A DNA stretch of 64,000 nt, taken from the NCBI GenBank assembly GCA_963712115.1, contig CAVQGX010000046.1, forward strand, positions 64,001 through 128,000, given 5' to 3'. Shown here in pieces: positions 38,639 to 48,026 of this stretch. How positions within the stretch are numbered: the first letter of the stretch is position 1; each line of letters starts with the position of its first letter. Made by a program: the position numbers and the translations under genes. This DNA comes from an uncultured delta proteobacterium (GTDB lineage: Bacteria; Desulfobacterota; Syntrophobacteria; BM002). Below the pieces are notes generated by a model, which saw only the letters and a list, made by a program, of their open reading frames with translations, had not been told where the DNA came from and did not search any database.

Positions 38639-38900
38639 CACTAGGCACTAGGAACTATGCACTAAGCACTACAACTCAGAACGAGGAATTGGTAACTCTT
38701 AATATTAAATTCGAACTTTCAAGCACACAAAAAATCCCGAGCAACAGATTTGGGATGTGTTCTATGTGATGTGAGATTCAACATTTCTCTCTGGATTTCG
38801 TATCCCAGATCTCACATCCATCTTGGGGTTGTCTCAGATTTTTCTGCGAGTTCCGCTTTCTTGCCCTTGGTGCCTAGTGCTTACTCCCTAGTGCCTAGTA
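38639..38900. repeat. Three-level nested inverted arms
   Basis: (CACTAGG)n [aaaaatcccgagcaac [gatgtgagat .. atctcacatc] gttgtctcagattttt] (GTGCCTA)n. Confidence 0.75.
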
Positions 38901-39112
38901 GAAATCCCTGCCTGCTGCGGGCTGTCTAGCATCCTCTCCACAAATAATCGTTGAAAATCCATCGGCTATATGCTAAAAATCTCACATTTATTCTCTGGGT
39001 ATCCCCATTAGTTGAAAAAGAACGGATTCCATGTTAGAAGTCCGAGGTGCGGCTTTCGTGTTACACTAGCTTTATCTCTATTAAATCAGCATTTTAAGCG
39101 GATAAGGGGAGG

Positions 39113-40291
39113 ATGGCGATGAAAAAGAGTTGGATTCTTATTGTCCCATGTTTGGTGATTGGCTTGGTATTTTCACCTTCAGCCTGGTGCAAGTCCGATA
39201 CCATCAAGATCGGTATCAACGCCCCCATGACTGGTGATATCCCCAAAGTGGGAGAAGGCACAAAGTTCGCAGCCCAAATGTGGCTCGAAGACATCAATAA
39301 AGCCGGGGGGCTTCAAGTTGGAAAGAAAAAGTACAAGGTAGAATTGGTCATTGAAGACAACGAGTCCAAGGCTGAGTCTGCGGTAAAAGCTGCTACCAAA
39401 ATGATTGTCGAGGACGAAGTTCTGGCTATTGTCGGGCCTCAGTCCTCCAAGCAGGCGGTACCTGCAGGCTCTGTGGCCAACGCCTACAAAACACCGATGA
39501 TTAGCCCGTGGTCAACAAATCCGGATACTACCAAAGGTCGTCCTTTTGTTTTCCGTGGCTGCTTCCTCGATCCCTTTCAAGGGCCGGTTTTGGCCAATTT
39601 CATCACCCAGGAGTTCCTGTTCACTAAAGCCGCGGTTTTGTATGACGTGGCAAGTGACTACCCCAAGGGATTGGCCGAGTTCTTTAGAGAGGCCTGGGAA
39701 AAGCTCCATGGCCCGGGCTCTGTGGTGGCCTATGAAAGTTTCACCACCAAAGACACCGACTTCAGTTCCCAGTTGACCAAGATCATTCGCTCAGGAGCCG
39801 AAGTACTGTTCACCCCCCAGTATTACAATGAGGTGGCTTTGATCGTGCAGCAGGCCCATGAACTGGGGTGGAACAAACCCATCGTGGGCAGCGACAGCTG
39901 GGGTTCGGCCGAGACGGTCACCCTCTGCGGCAAAGACTGTTACGGCCTCTTCTTCAGCACCCATTATGCTGCCGCCGGTGCTACAGGGGCCACCAAGGCT
40001 TTCATCGATCGTTACAACAAGACCTACGGCTACGTGCCTGACGATGTTGGCGCCTTGACCTGGGACTCAATTCGCATTGTTCAAAGGGCCATTGAGAATT
40101 GTGGAGAGATTACCGGCAAGATTGAGAAGGACCGCCAGTGTGTTCGTGACGCCCTGGCCAAGATCAGGGAATTCGACGGCATTACCGGCAAGATGACCTT
40201 CACCGAAGAGGGCGACCCACTTAAGTGTGCCGTTGTTGTTAGGATAAGCGATAAGGGGGAGTTCGAATTTTACAAATCTGTCTGCCCGTAG
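39113..40291 (+). CDS. livK: Branched-chain amino acid ABC transporter substrate-binding protein
   Basis: IKIG..APMTG, IN.AGG, ISPWSTNP, FR.CFLD.FQG, DFSSQLTKI. Confidence 0.85.
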   Translation: MAMKKSWILIVPCLVIGLVFSPSAWCKSDTIKIGINAPMTGDIPKVGEGTKFAAQMWLEDINKAGGLQVGKKKYKVELVIEDNESKAESAVKAATKMIVEDEVLAIVGPQSSKQAVPAGSVANAYKTPMISPWSTNPDTTKGRPFVFRGCFLDPFQGPVLANFITQEFLFTKAAVLYDVASDYPKGLAEFFREAWEKLHGPGSVVAYESFTTKDTDFSSQLTKIIRSGAEVLFTPQYYNEVALIVQQAHELGWNKPIVGSDSWGSAETVTLCGKDCYGLFFSTHYAAAGATGATKAFIDRYNKTYGYVPDDVGALTWDSIRIVQRAIENCGEITGKIEKDRQCVRDALAKIREFDGITGKMTFTEEGDPLKCAVVVRISDKGEFEFYKSVCP

Positions 40292-40351
40292 ACTGGAGTC
40301 CGAGCTTAGCCTAGTGGGCACTAACTCCGGTGATTAAAATTAGATTGAAGT

Positions 40352-40390
40352 AAGCGGGCCAGGGCTAAGAGCCCTGGCCTCGTTTTCTTT
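40352..40390 (+). terminator. Rho-independent terminator / stabilising hairpin after livK
   Basis: GGCCAGGGCT-AAG-AGCCCTGGCC followed by TCGTTTTCTTT. Confidence 0.8.
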
Positions 40391-40578
40391 AAAGATCAAG
40401 GGAACATTTCACGCCTCTCCTCGCCTTTTCCTTGTTGAATCAGATAGTACGTTTGACAGGGTAGGCCCTTTTACCCCACGTCGCAGACAGTGAGCTGTAG
40501 CAGCCGCTTGGGCCCCGGAATGCTGAGGGAATAGGGTTTCGGGGGGATGTGGGATGTTTCAAACAAGGAGCGCATGCG

Positions 40579-41502
40579 GTGACATTTTTCCTGCAAAACC
40601 TAGTCAACGCTCTTCAATGGGGTAGTTTCTACGCCTTGATCGCCCTGGGTTACTCCATGGTTTATGGCGTCCTGATGCTCTTTAATTTTGCCCATGGCGA
40701 TATTTTTATGGTGGGAGCGTACATAGGTTTCGGGGTTGCAACCGGGCTAGTGGCCCTGGCCTCCATGGGAGCCCTTGCCATACCCCATTGGTTGATTCTG
40801 GTATTGACCATCCTCATTTCCATGTTTTTGACTTCCTTCGTGGGCATGATTGTGGAGCGGGTGGGCTATAGGCCCCTGCGAGATGCCCCTAGGGCCTCCG
40901 CTGCAATTACCGGCTTGATGATCGGCATCATATTGGAGACCGGAAACCTGGCCCTTCTGGGCGCCCAACGGATAAGTTTTCCTACCTTGGTCAAGTCAAC
41001 CACTTACAACCTGGGTGGGGTGTTCGTCACCAATAAGAAGATCATGATCGTTGTTGTCTCCATTGCCCTCATGTATGCTCTTCATCTGTTCGTCCGCAAG
41101 ACCCGGTGGGGAATGGCCATGCGCGCCATGGCCTTTGACTTTGTTGTTGTTCCCCTCCTGGGAGTGCCCATAAACAACATTGCCCGCCTGACGTTTGCCA
41201 TCGGTTCGGCGCTGGCAGCCGTGGCAGGAATACTCTTTGGTGTGGCCTATCCTGTCCTCGACCCTTACATGGGGATTATCTTCGGCTGGAAGGCCTTTGT
41301 GGCTGCCATTCTGGGAGGTAGGGGCTCCATTCTCGGGGCTTGCTTGGCCGGCTTTCTCCTCGGATTCATTGAGATCTTTGTAGCCATGATCTTCCCGTCC
41401 ACTTTAAGGGATTTCATCGCTTATTCTATAATTCTGCTGATTTTGGCCTTCAGGCCCCATGGCTTTTTCGGAGAGCCCTACAGTGCCCGCCTGAGGTTGT
41501 AA
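40579..41502 (+). CDS. livH: Branched-chain amino acid ABC permease
   Basis: GS.YALIALGYSMVYG...NFAHG, KAFVAAILGG; AAGGAG RBS before GTG. Confidence 0.9.
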   Translation: MTFFLQNLVNALQWGSFYALIALGYSMVYGVLMLFNFAHGDIFMVGAYIGFGVATGLVALASMGALAIPHWLILVLTILISMFLTSFVGMIVERVGYRPLRDAPRASAAITGLMIGIILETGNLALLGAQRISFPTLVKSTTYNLGGVFVTNKKIMIVVVSIALMYALHLFVRKTRWGMAMRAMAFDFVVVPLLGVPINNIARLTFAIGSALAAVAGILFGVAYPVLDPYMGIIFGWKAFVAAILGGRGSILGACLAGFLLGFIEIFVAMIFPSTLRDFIAYSIILLILAFRPHGFFGEPYSARLRL

Positions 41503-41550
41503 TATAGAACCTGTATCAAAATGGGGATGTAACTACGGAATAACTAGGAA

Positions 41551-42849
41551 GTGGTTGTGAAAATAAACAACTCCCTTTCGCCTGGAAACAAGACGCTCGC
41601 AAACCGCATCCGGGATTCCTTTGCCCAGGCTCCCCTGTTGGCCTGGCTATGTGGCATTCTGGGTGCCGTCTTGCTTGAACGCTTTCTGGGAGACCCGCTC
41701 ACGGAACTCTTGGGCCTGCCTAAAATCCCCGCCCTTTTTGGCGCCGTAACTATTCTCAAGAAACCTCAGCTTATTCCCGGCACCGTCGCCTTTCTGTTCC
41801 TAATATATGTAGTACCCGTAATTGTCGTCCCGAGGCTGTTTGGTTCAATGCTGAATAGGTTAGTGGGCTGGCTTTTCCATCTGTCCCCAACTGTTTCTGT
41901 GGCTATCCACCTCGGCCTGTTATACGGAATCTTAAGTTTGTGGGCTGACATAAGCGGTTACCGGCTTCTCACCCTTAAACTCACTTTAATTGCGGTCATC
42001 GTCACCTTGAGCCTCAACGTGATCAATGGTTATATGGGAGAGTTCTCATGTTCCCACCCAGGGTTTCTCGCCCTGGGCGCCTACACTGCCTCGATCTTCA
42101 CCCTCCTTTTCTTTGTTGACGACAAAGTGTTCGGAGCTGCACTTCTCCCTGAGTTCCTAGGCCCCTTCTTGTTTCCTCTCGCATTGATCTTGGGCGGAGT
42201 CGTCGCTGCCATCGGTGCCATTGCTATTGCTATCCCGTCTTTCAGGACAAGGGGTGACTATCTGGCAATCATCTCCCTGGCTTTTATGTTTATCGTCAAA
42301 AGTGTGATTGAGAACCTGGAATTCGTTCGAGGGCCCCGTGGCTTGGGCAGCCAACCAAATTATGTCGATCTGCCTACGGTGTTCATTTGGACCGTGGCCG
42401 CCGTGTGGATTATCAACAATTTTGTTCGCTCCACCACAGGAAAGGCCCTCAATGCGGTTAGGGACGACGAAATGGCGGCCGATGCCATGACCGTCAACAC
42501 CAGACGCACCAAAATAGTGGCCTTCCTTTTCGCCGCCTTTTGGGCCGGTGTTGCAGGTGGGCTGTTTGCTCACGTGCTGAGGTATGTCAATCCAGGAACT
42601 TTCGGTATCCAGAAACTCGCTGAAGTCTTGGCCATGGTCTATTTTGGAGGACTCAATTCCGTCTACGGTTCCATTGTCGGCGCTGTGAGCTTGAGCCTTC
42701 TCGGTGAGGCTTTGCGGCCATTGGAAATATTCAAATGGATCATCATTCCGCTCCTATTGATACTAGTTATGATTTTCAGGCCCACTGGCTTGATTGCTTT
42801 TAAAGACTTCGATGTGATGAAGCTGATTAGACCGAAGGGAATGAGTTAA
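41551..42849 (+). CDS. livM: Branched-chain amino acid ABC permease
   Basis: SLNVINGY.G, R.RGDYLAI, G.AL.AVRDDE.AA; exact start uncertain. Confidence 0.9.
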   Translation: MVVKINNSLSPGNKTLANRIRDSFAQAPLLAWLCGILGAVLLERFLGDPLTELLGLPKIPALFGAVTILKKPQLIPGTVAFLFLIYVVPVIVVPRLFGSMLNRLVGWLFHLSPTVSVAIHLGLLYGILSLWADISGYRLLTLKLTLIAVIVTLSLNVINGYMGEFSCSHPGFLALGAYTASIFTLLFFVDDKVFGAALLPEFLGPFLFPLALILGGVVAAIGAIAIAIPSFRTRGDYLAIISLAFMFIVKSVIENLEFVRGPRGLGSQPNYVDLPTVFIWTVAAVWIINNFVRSTTGKALNAVRDDEMAADAMTVNTRRTKIVAFLFAAFWAGVAGGLFAHVLRYVNPGTFGIQKLAEVLAMVYFGGLNSVYGSIVGAVSLSLLGEALRPLEIFKWIIIPLLLILVMIFRPTGLIAFKDFDVMKLIRPKGMS

Positions 42850-42851
42850 TA

Positions 42852-42955
42852 AATGGAGTATTGGAGTGTTGGAGTAATGGAGTGTTGGAAGAATTTCAGA
42901 TCTCGAGAAATTTTTTATCTCATTACTCCAGTACTCCACTACTCCATCACTCCAG
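42852..42955. repeat. Inverted octamer arms (TGGAGTAA / TTACTCCA family) inside the liv operon
   Basis: aatggagtattggagtgttggagtaatggagtgttgg ... cattactccagtactccactactccatcactccag. Confidence 0.9.
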
Positions 42956-43039
42956 TGCTGTCGTGGTCGGCTGAAAGACAAACCCGTCAAACCTCCTCTT
43001 TCGGAGATACGGAGACGTAGGGTAGAGACTGGATACAAC

Positions 43040-43810
43040 ATGCCATTGCTGCAGATTAATAATATGAGCCACGATTTCGGCGGGCTAAGGGCTGTAAATA
43101 ACTACAACCTTGAGGTCGAACCCGGCCAAATCAGGGGACTGATCGGGCCTAATGGCGCGGGTAAGACCACCATCTTCAATCTCATAAGTGGCATCTACCG
43201 GCCAACCGAGGGCGATATCCTGCTGAATGGCAAATCCCTCGTCGGTCTCAAACCTTATCAGATCGCCGCCATGGGTCTCGGCAGGACTTTTCAGAACCTC
43301 CGTCTGTGGCGACACATGACTGTCCTCGATCATGTAAAAATGGCCCGTTACTCAAAAATAAAATACGGACTGCTTGGAGCCTTTTTCGGCACACCAAAAC
43401 GGAGAAGAGAAGAAGCAGAGATAGAAGAGAAAGCATACAGTCTGTTAAAACTGGTGGGTGTGGCTGATCTCGCAGATCAGGTAATTCTCAATCTCCCCTA
43501 TGGGGCCCAGCGAAGGGTGGAGATGGCCAGAGCTCTCGCCACAGAGCCAAAGATATTGTTTCTTGATGAGCCTACTGCGGGAATGAATCCTGAAGAACTC
43601 AAGCAGATGATGGAAATTATCCGGCGAATCCACAGGGAATTGGGACTGGCGATCTTTCTCATCGAACACCGGCTAAAAGTGGTCATGGAACTCTGTGAGA
43701 TCATTCAGACCCTGGTTTTCGGTGAGGTCATCGCCGAGGGTTCTTCTGAGGAGATCCAAAACGATCCTAAGGTGATAGAAGCCTATTTGGGCAAGGAGAC
43801 GATTCTCTGA
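43040..43810 (+). CDS. livG: BCAA ABC transporter ATP-binding protein
   Basis: GPNGAGKTT, RTFQN, LPYG.QRRVE, LDEP.AG, V.EAYLG. Confidence 0.95.
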   Translation: MPLLQINNMSHDFGGLRAVNNYNLEVEPGQIRGLIGPNGAGKTTIFNLISGIYRPTEGDILLNGKSLVGLKPYQIAAMGLGRTFQNLRLWRHMTVLDHVKMARYSKIKYGLLGAFFGTPKRRREEAEIEEKAYSLLKLVGVADLADQVILNLPYGAQRRVEMARALATEPKILFLDEPTAGMNPEELKQMMEIIRRIHRELGLAIFLIEHRLKVVMELCEIIQTLVFGEVIAEGSSEEIQNDPKVIEAYLGKETIL

Positions 43811-44526
43811 TGTTGGTGGTGGAAAACCTGAGGGTCTCCTATGGCAGGATTCGGGCCCTCCACGGCATAAACTTCAATGTTGATGAGGGCGAAATAGTAT
43901 GTATTATCGGCGCCAATGGTGCCGGAAAGAGCACCACCTTGCGCGCCATCTCCAGGATGATCCCTGTTGAACCGGGTACCAGGATGAGCTACAAGAACGA
44001 AGACCTGCTCAAATATCCCGCCGATAGGGTGGTTAGTAAGCTTGGCATATCCCACGTCCCCGAAGGAAGGCGCATTCTTGACAACTTGACGGTCATGGAA
44101 AACCTGAAACTTGCCACCTACGCCAGAAAAGACGGCACTGGCAAAATCGGGGAAGATCTGGAGAAGCTATTTTCCATTTTCCCCCGGCTTGAAGAGAGGC
44201 GAAACCAAAAGGGCGGAACCTTGAGTGGTGGTGAGCAGCAGATGCTGGCAATCGGCAGAGCTTTCATGAGTGGAAGGAATGTGATGTTGCTCGACGAACC
44301 CTCCATGGGTCTGGCGCCTTTGCTGATGTTGCATATGTTCGAAGCTCTCCAGGAGATAAACAGGGAGGGTGGGACCACCATTCTTCTGGTTGAGCAGAAT
44401 GCCCGACTGGCACTTCAGTTTGCCCAGAGAGGGTACGTGCTGGAGCACGGGAATATGGTGCTTGAAGGCAGATCTGAGGAGCTTCTTGACGACCCGGAAG
44501 TAAAGAAAGCCTATTTAGGAGGTTAG
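43810..44526 (+). CDS. livF: BCAA ABC transporter ATP-binding protein
   Basis: GANGAGKST, VPEGRR, LSGGEQQMLA, LDEPS.GLAP, VEQNA. Confidence 0.95.
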   Translation: MLVVENLRVSYGRIRALHGINFNVDEGEIVCIIGANGAGKSTTLRAISRMIPVEPGTRMSYKNEDLLKYPADRVVSKLGISHVPEGRRILDNLTVMENLKLATYARKDGTGKIGEDLEKLFSIFPRLEERRNQKGGTLSGGEQQMLAIGRAFMSGRNVMLLDEPSMGLAPLLMLHMFEALQEINREGGTTILLVEQNARLALQFAQRGYVLEHGNMVLEGRSEELLDDPEVKKAYLGG

Positions 44527-44603
44527 CCGGTCTAGCCGGTTATGCCTGTCAAATTGGCTAACTGGCCAAACCTGCTAAACAGGCTAAACCGATTGACCAG
44601 TTT
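44523..44603. repeat. 9-mer tandem arms overlapping the livF stop (same family as 36458)
   Basis: ttagccggtctagccggttatgcctgtc .. aactggccaaacctgctaaacaggctaaaccg. Confidence 0.7.
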
Positions 44604-44713
44604 ACTGGTAAGATATAAGGAACACTCAGCTCAGCAAAGAGAAGGAAAAGAGTGCTATGTGATTCAAAAATTTTTTTTAGACCTTAGCGATCGCGGCTGC
44701 CTGCTTGAAAACA

Positions 44714-45865
44714 CTAGAGTGCCCCTATAAGGCGGGCGATGACAATGCGCATTACCTCTGAGGTTCCCTCACCAATCTCCAAGAGCTTCTGGTCCCGATA
44801 AAACCGCTCCACGTCATATTCCTTCATGAGTCCATAGCCGCCATGCAATTGCACTGCATGATTGGCGCAGCGGCTCATCATCTCGGAACAATACAGCTTG
44901 GCCATGGCAGCCTCTTTGGTGAGCGGCTTGCCATTGTCTTTGAGCCAGCAGGCCTTGTAGAGAAGGATCCTGGCCAATTCTATTTCAGTGGCCATATCGG
45001 CAAGTTTAAACGCATTTACCTGAAACTGCGAAATGGGACGGTTGAACTGAACTCGCTCCTTGGCATACTGTAGCGCCCGGTCGTAGCAGCCCTGAGCTCC
45101 GCCTAAACCCATAGCGGCTATGGAGAGCCGACCGCCGTCCAGGGTCTTGAGCATCTGGTGAAATCCCTCTCCCCTTTTGCCCAAAAGGTTCTCCTTGGGA
45201 ACCCGGCAATCCTCGAAGTAGAGTTCACTGGTGTTTGAAGCCCGCCAGACCATTTTCCCTTTCATTTCTCTGGCCTCATAGCCTGGCGCACCGTTTTCCA
45301 CCAGAATACAGCTAAGCTCGTTCTTGCCATCCTCCCGGATTCCGGTTTTAGCTAGAACAGTGACGCCGAGGGAGATTTCCGATGAGGCATTGGTGATAAA
45401 GATTTTACTTCCATTAATGACCCATTCGTTTCCGTCCAAGACAGCTGTTGTCTGAGTATTGCCTGCGTCAGAACCGGCATTGGCCTCTGTAAGGCCAAAA
45501 CCCCATAGTGCCTCGCCACTACAGAGCCTAGGGAGATACTTCCGTTTCTGTTCTTCGGTGCCAAATTCATAAATGGGACTGCTTCCCAGAGAATTTGCTG
45601 CTGCCACTGTTGCCGCCTGCGAGCCATCTACTCGGGCTAGTTCCTCAACCGCAATGATATATCCAAGATGGTCAAGTCCCTGACCGCCGTATTCCTCGGA
45701 AATCACCATACCGAAAAGACCCAAGCTGCCCATGGCCCGAGTTAGCTCTACAGAAAATTCTTCCCGCTCATCCAGATCCCGTGCCAAGGGTTGGATCTCC
45801 TTGATACTAAAATTGCGCACCGAGTTTCGCAGAATCTCATGTTCGGTTGACAGACTGAAATCCAT
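44714..45865 (-). CDS. Short/branched-chain acyl-CoA dehydrogenase (candidate isovaleryl-CoA dehydrogenase)
   Basis: FGLTE..AGSD, GSKIFITN, LDGGR, R.QF, HGGYG, EIGEGTSE; liu-like context. Confidence 0.9.
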   Translation of the reverse strand: MDFSLSTEHEILRNSVRNFSIKEIQPLARDLDEREEFSVELTRAMGSLGLFGMVISEEYGGQGLDHLGYIIAVEELARVDGSQAATVAAANSLGSSPIYEFGTEEQKRKYLPRLCSGEALWGFGLTEANAGSDAGNTQTTAVLDGNEWVINGSKIFITNASSEISLGVTVLAKTGIREDGKNELSCILVENGAPGYEAREMKGKMVWRASNTSELYFEDCRVPKENLLGKRGEGFHQMLKTLDGGRLSIAAMGLGGAQGCYDRALQYAKERVQFNRPISQFQVNAFKLADMATEIELARILLYKACWLKDNGKPLTKEAAMAKLYCSEMMSRCANHAVQLHGGYGLMKEYDVERFYRDQKLLEIGEGTSEVMRIVIARLIGAL

Positions 45866-46027
45866 GGTATCTCCTCACCATGATGAAATGAATAGAATCG
45901 AATGGTTGCAAGAATTTTTCCTTGCAAAGCACCCTAGACCGGCTATGATGACATTATATTAGGTACGCACACTCTAACGAAACAATAATTGGAATTTTGT
46001 TTATTTTTCCCTTGATGGAGAATAGCG

Positions 46028-46726
46028 ATGACTCAAGGTAACGACGACCAGTCAACTCGAGATCCATCCTTTTCTAAGCCTTTTTATGGCCAGGATCCGC
46101 ATGAGATAGATTTTTTGGAGGGCATCAGCCGAAGTTCGGAACATGACCTAGAGCCGGAAGAACCAATCGGTGTTGGTGAACGGATTAAAAAGCTGCGTGA
46201 ACTCAAGAAACTTTCCCTCAAAGATGTAGCACAAAGAAGCGGCATCTCTGAACAGATGCTTGAGAGCATTGAAGCCGACGCTACCGCTCCTCCCCTGGGA
46301 ACCCTAACAAAACTGGCTCGTGCCTTGGAAATGAAAATGGGCTATTTGCTCACAGCTGGCGAGCCCAAGCCGTTTGTGATCACCCGCAAGGATGAAAGAA
46401 AGCCAGTGAGCCGACACGCAGCTGAACAGCAAAGTAAATATGGCTATTCATACCTGTCTCTGTCCCCCGGGATGCGAGACCGCAACATGGAACCGTTCCT
46501 AGTGACCCTATCGCCCACATTAGAGGAAGTTCCTGGTTCAGTTCATGAGGGCGAGGAGTTCATCTACGTACTGGAAGGTGAGATGGAGGTAATAATTGGC
46601 GAACATCGTGAGGTACTCTATCCGGGCGATACCATCTATTACCACTCATCCATACCTCACGTGGTCAAATGTCACCAAGAAAAACCAACCCGCATTTTAG
46701 CGGTTCTGTTTGCGGAAACGAAATGA
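46028..46726 (+). CDS. XRE-family HTH + cupin transcriptional regulator
   Basis: GERIKKLR..LSL..VA..SG, MEPFLV, HEGEEFIYVLEG, Y.SSIPH. Confidence 0.9.
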   Translation: MTQGNDDQSTRDPSFSKPFYGQDPHEIDFLEGISRSSEHDLEPEEPIGVGERIKKLRELKKLSLKDVAQRSGISEQMLESIEADATAPPLGTLTKLARALEMKMGYLLTAGEPKPFVITRKDERKPVSRHAAEQQSKYGYSYLSLSPGMRDRNMEPFLVTLSPTLEEVPGSVHEGEEFIYVLEGEMEVIIGEHREVLYPGDTIYYHSSIPHVVKCHQEKPTRILAVLFAETK

Positions 46727-46751
46727 TCGCAAAGCGCATGCCGCTTTGCTC

Positions 46752-46822
46752 CAGCTAACAGCGGACAGCAGACAGCTAGCAGTTTCCTTTTATCTGCAGC
46801 CGGCTGCATGCTGCCTGCTGAC
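46752..46822. repeat. Inverted heptamer arms (GCAGACA / CTGCCTG family)
   Basis: cagctaacagcggacagcagacagctagcag .. ctgcagccggctgcatgctgcctgctgac. Confidence 0.7.
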
Positions 46823-46825
46823 TCC

Positions 46826-47851
46826 TCAGGTTACTTCCCGGATCCCCGTCGGTTCCTTGGGCACTCGGCCCGTATGCACCGTCTCGGAACGCAGTTGCCG
46901 ACCAAGTATTTTCTCCATGGCCCGGCCAACTTCTAAAAGCCGATCTACATCAACCCCGGTATCGATCCCCATTTCATCCATCATAACCACCATGTCTTCC
47001 ACAGAGACCAAGCCAGTTATAGTGGGGTCCTGATAGTAATAAACACCCGTTCCTGCCACCGGGACACCATCAACGAAATTTGCCGGTTGACCTCCGGTTC
47101 CTCCCAGGGTGCCTTCAAAATGTGTAATACCAGTTTGCAGGGCGGCTAATACATTGGCCAGGCCCCAGCCTCTTGTGGTATGAAAGTGGGCCACGTGCAG
47201 CTTAGGATCTGGTAAGGCGTCCAACACCATGCTGTAATAATCATACACCTTGTTGGGTGAGGCAGAGCCGTCATGATCCGCGTGTTCAATATCATCCGCT
47301 CCAATGTCCAACCACCTGCGGGTAAATTCAAGAGCCTTTTTGGTGTCAGTGGGTCCTTCTATGGGGCAACCCCAAATGGTACTCACCGTTCCGCATACGG
47401 TTAGGCCGTTGTCGTGGGCTAGCTGGATATATTTCTCTGCCATCTTCCAGTAGTCTTCGAGAGAGAGACCAGAATTAACTTTGTGGTGCGATTCACTGGT
47501 GGAGACCATCATGAGAATGCGGTCCGGCCCAAAACCTTTCTGTCGAGAGGCCACAGCTCTCTCAACCGCCCTCTCCCTTATAGTGATCGCTGTCGTTTCA
47601 ACATCCTTGATGTGATCGGCAATGAGTTTACTCGTGTAGAGAAGCTCCATGAGATCATCTGCGTCAGCGAACTGCGGCATGCCTTTGGGGTTACCGAAGT
47701 TCGTCACCTCGACCCGCTTGAACCCTGCGAGAATTAGTTGCTCTGCCAGCCAGAGCTTGGCCCTGGTAGGAATAAACTTCTCTTCGTGCTGAAGCCCATC
47801 TCGCACACTGATATCGCCAATTACCACTTTAGAGGGGTATTTCAGGCTCAT
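46826..47851 (-). CDS. HMG-CoA lyase-like (DRE-TIM metallolyase) protein
   Basis: VRDGLQ, HFHTTRG.GLAN, GG.GG.P; context downstream of carboxyltransferase and hydratase. Confidence 0.85.
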   Translation of the reverse strand: MSLKYPSKVVIGDISVRDGLQHEEKFIPTRAKLWLAEQLILAGFKRVEVTNFGNPKGMPQFADADDLMELLYTSKLIADHIKDVETTAITIRERAVERAVASRQKGFGPDRILMMVSTSESHHKVNSGLSLEDYWKMAEKYIQLAHDNGLTVCGTVSTIWGCPIEGPTDTKKALEFTRRWLDIGADDIEHADHDGSASPNKVYDYYSMVLDALPDPKLHVAHFHTTRGWGLANVLAALQTGITHFEGTLGGTGGQPANFVDGVPVAGTGVYYYQDPTITGLVSVEDMVVMMDEMGIDTGVDVDRLLEVGRAMEKILGRQLRSETVHTGRVPKEPTGIREVT

Positions 47852-47894
47852 TGAGTCTCCTTTCCATTGTCATCAAACCGTGAAGAAAGAATTC

Positions 47895-48010
47895 AACCAC
47901 AAAGGTCACAAAGAACACAAAGAGGGTTCTTTAGTGAATATGATAATCACTCGATCTCTTAACTGAGGCTACTATTATTTTCTTTGTGCTCTTCGTGTCC
48001 TTCGTGGTGA
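47895..48010. repeat. Inverted 9-mer arms (ACACAAAGA / CTTTGTG family)
   Basis: aaccacaaaggtcacaaagaacacaaag ... ctttgtgctcttcgtgtccttcgtggtga. Confidence 0.85.
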
Positions 48011-48026
48011 ACTCTCGACTGGTATG

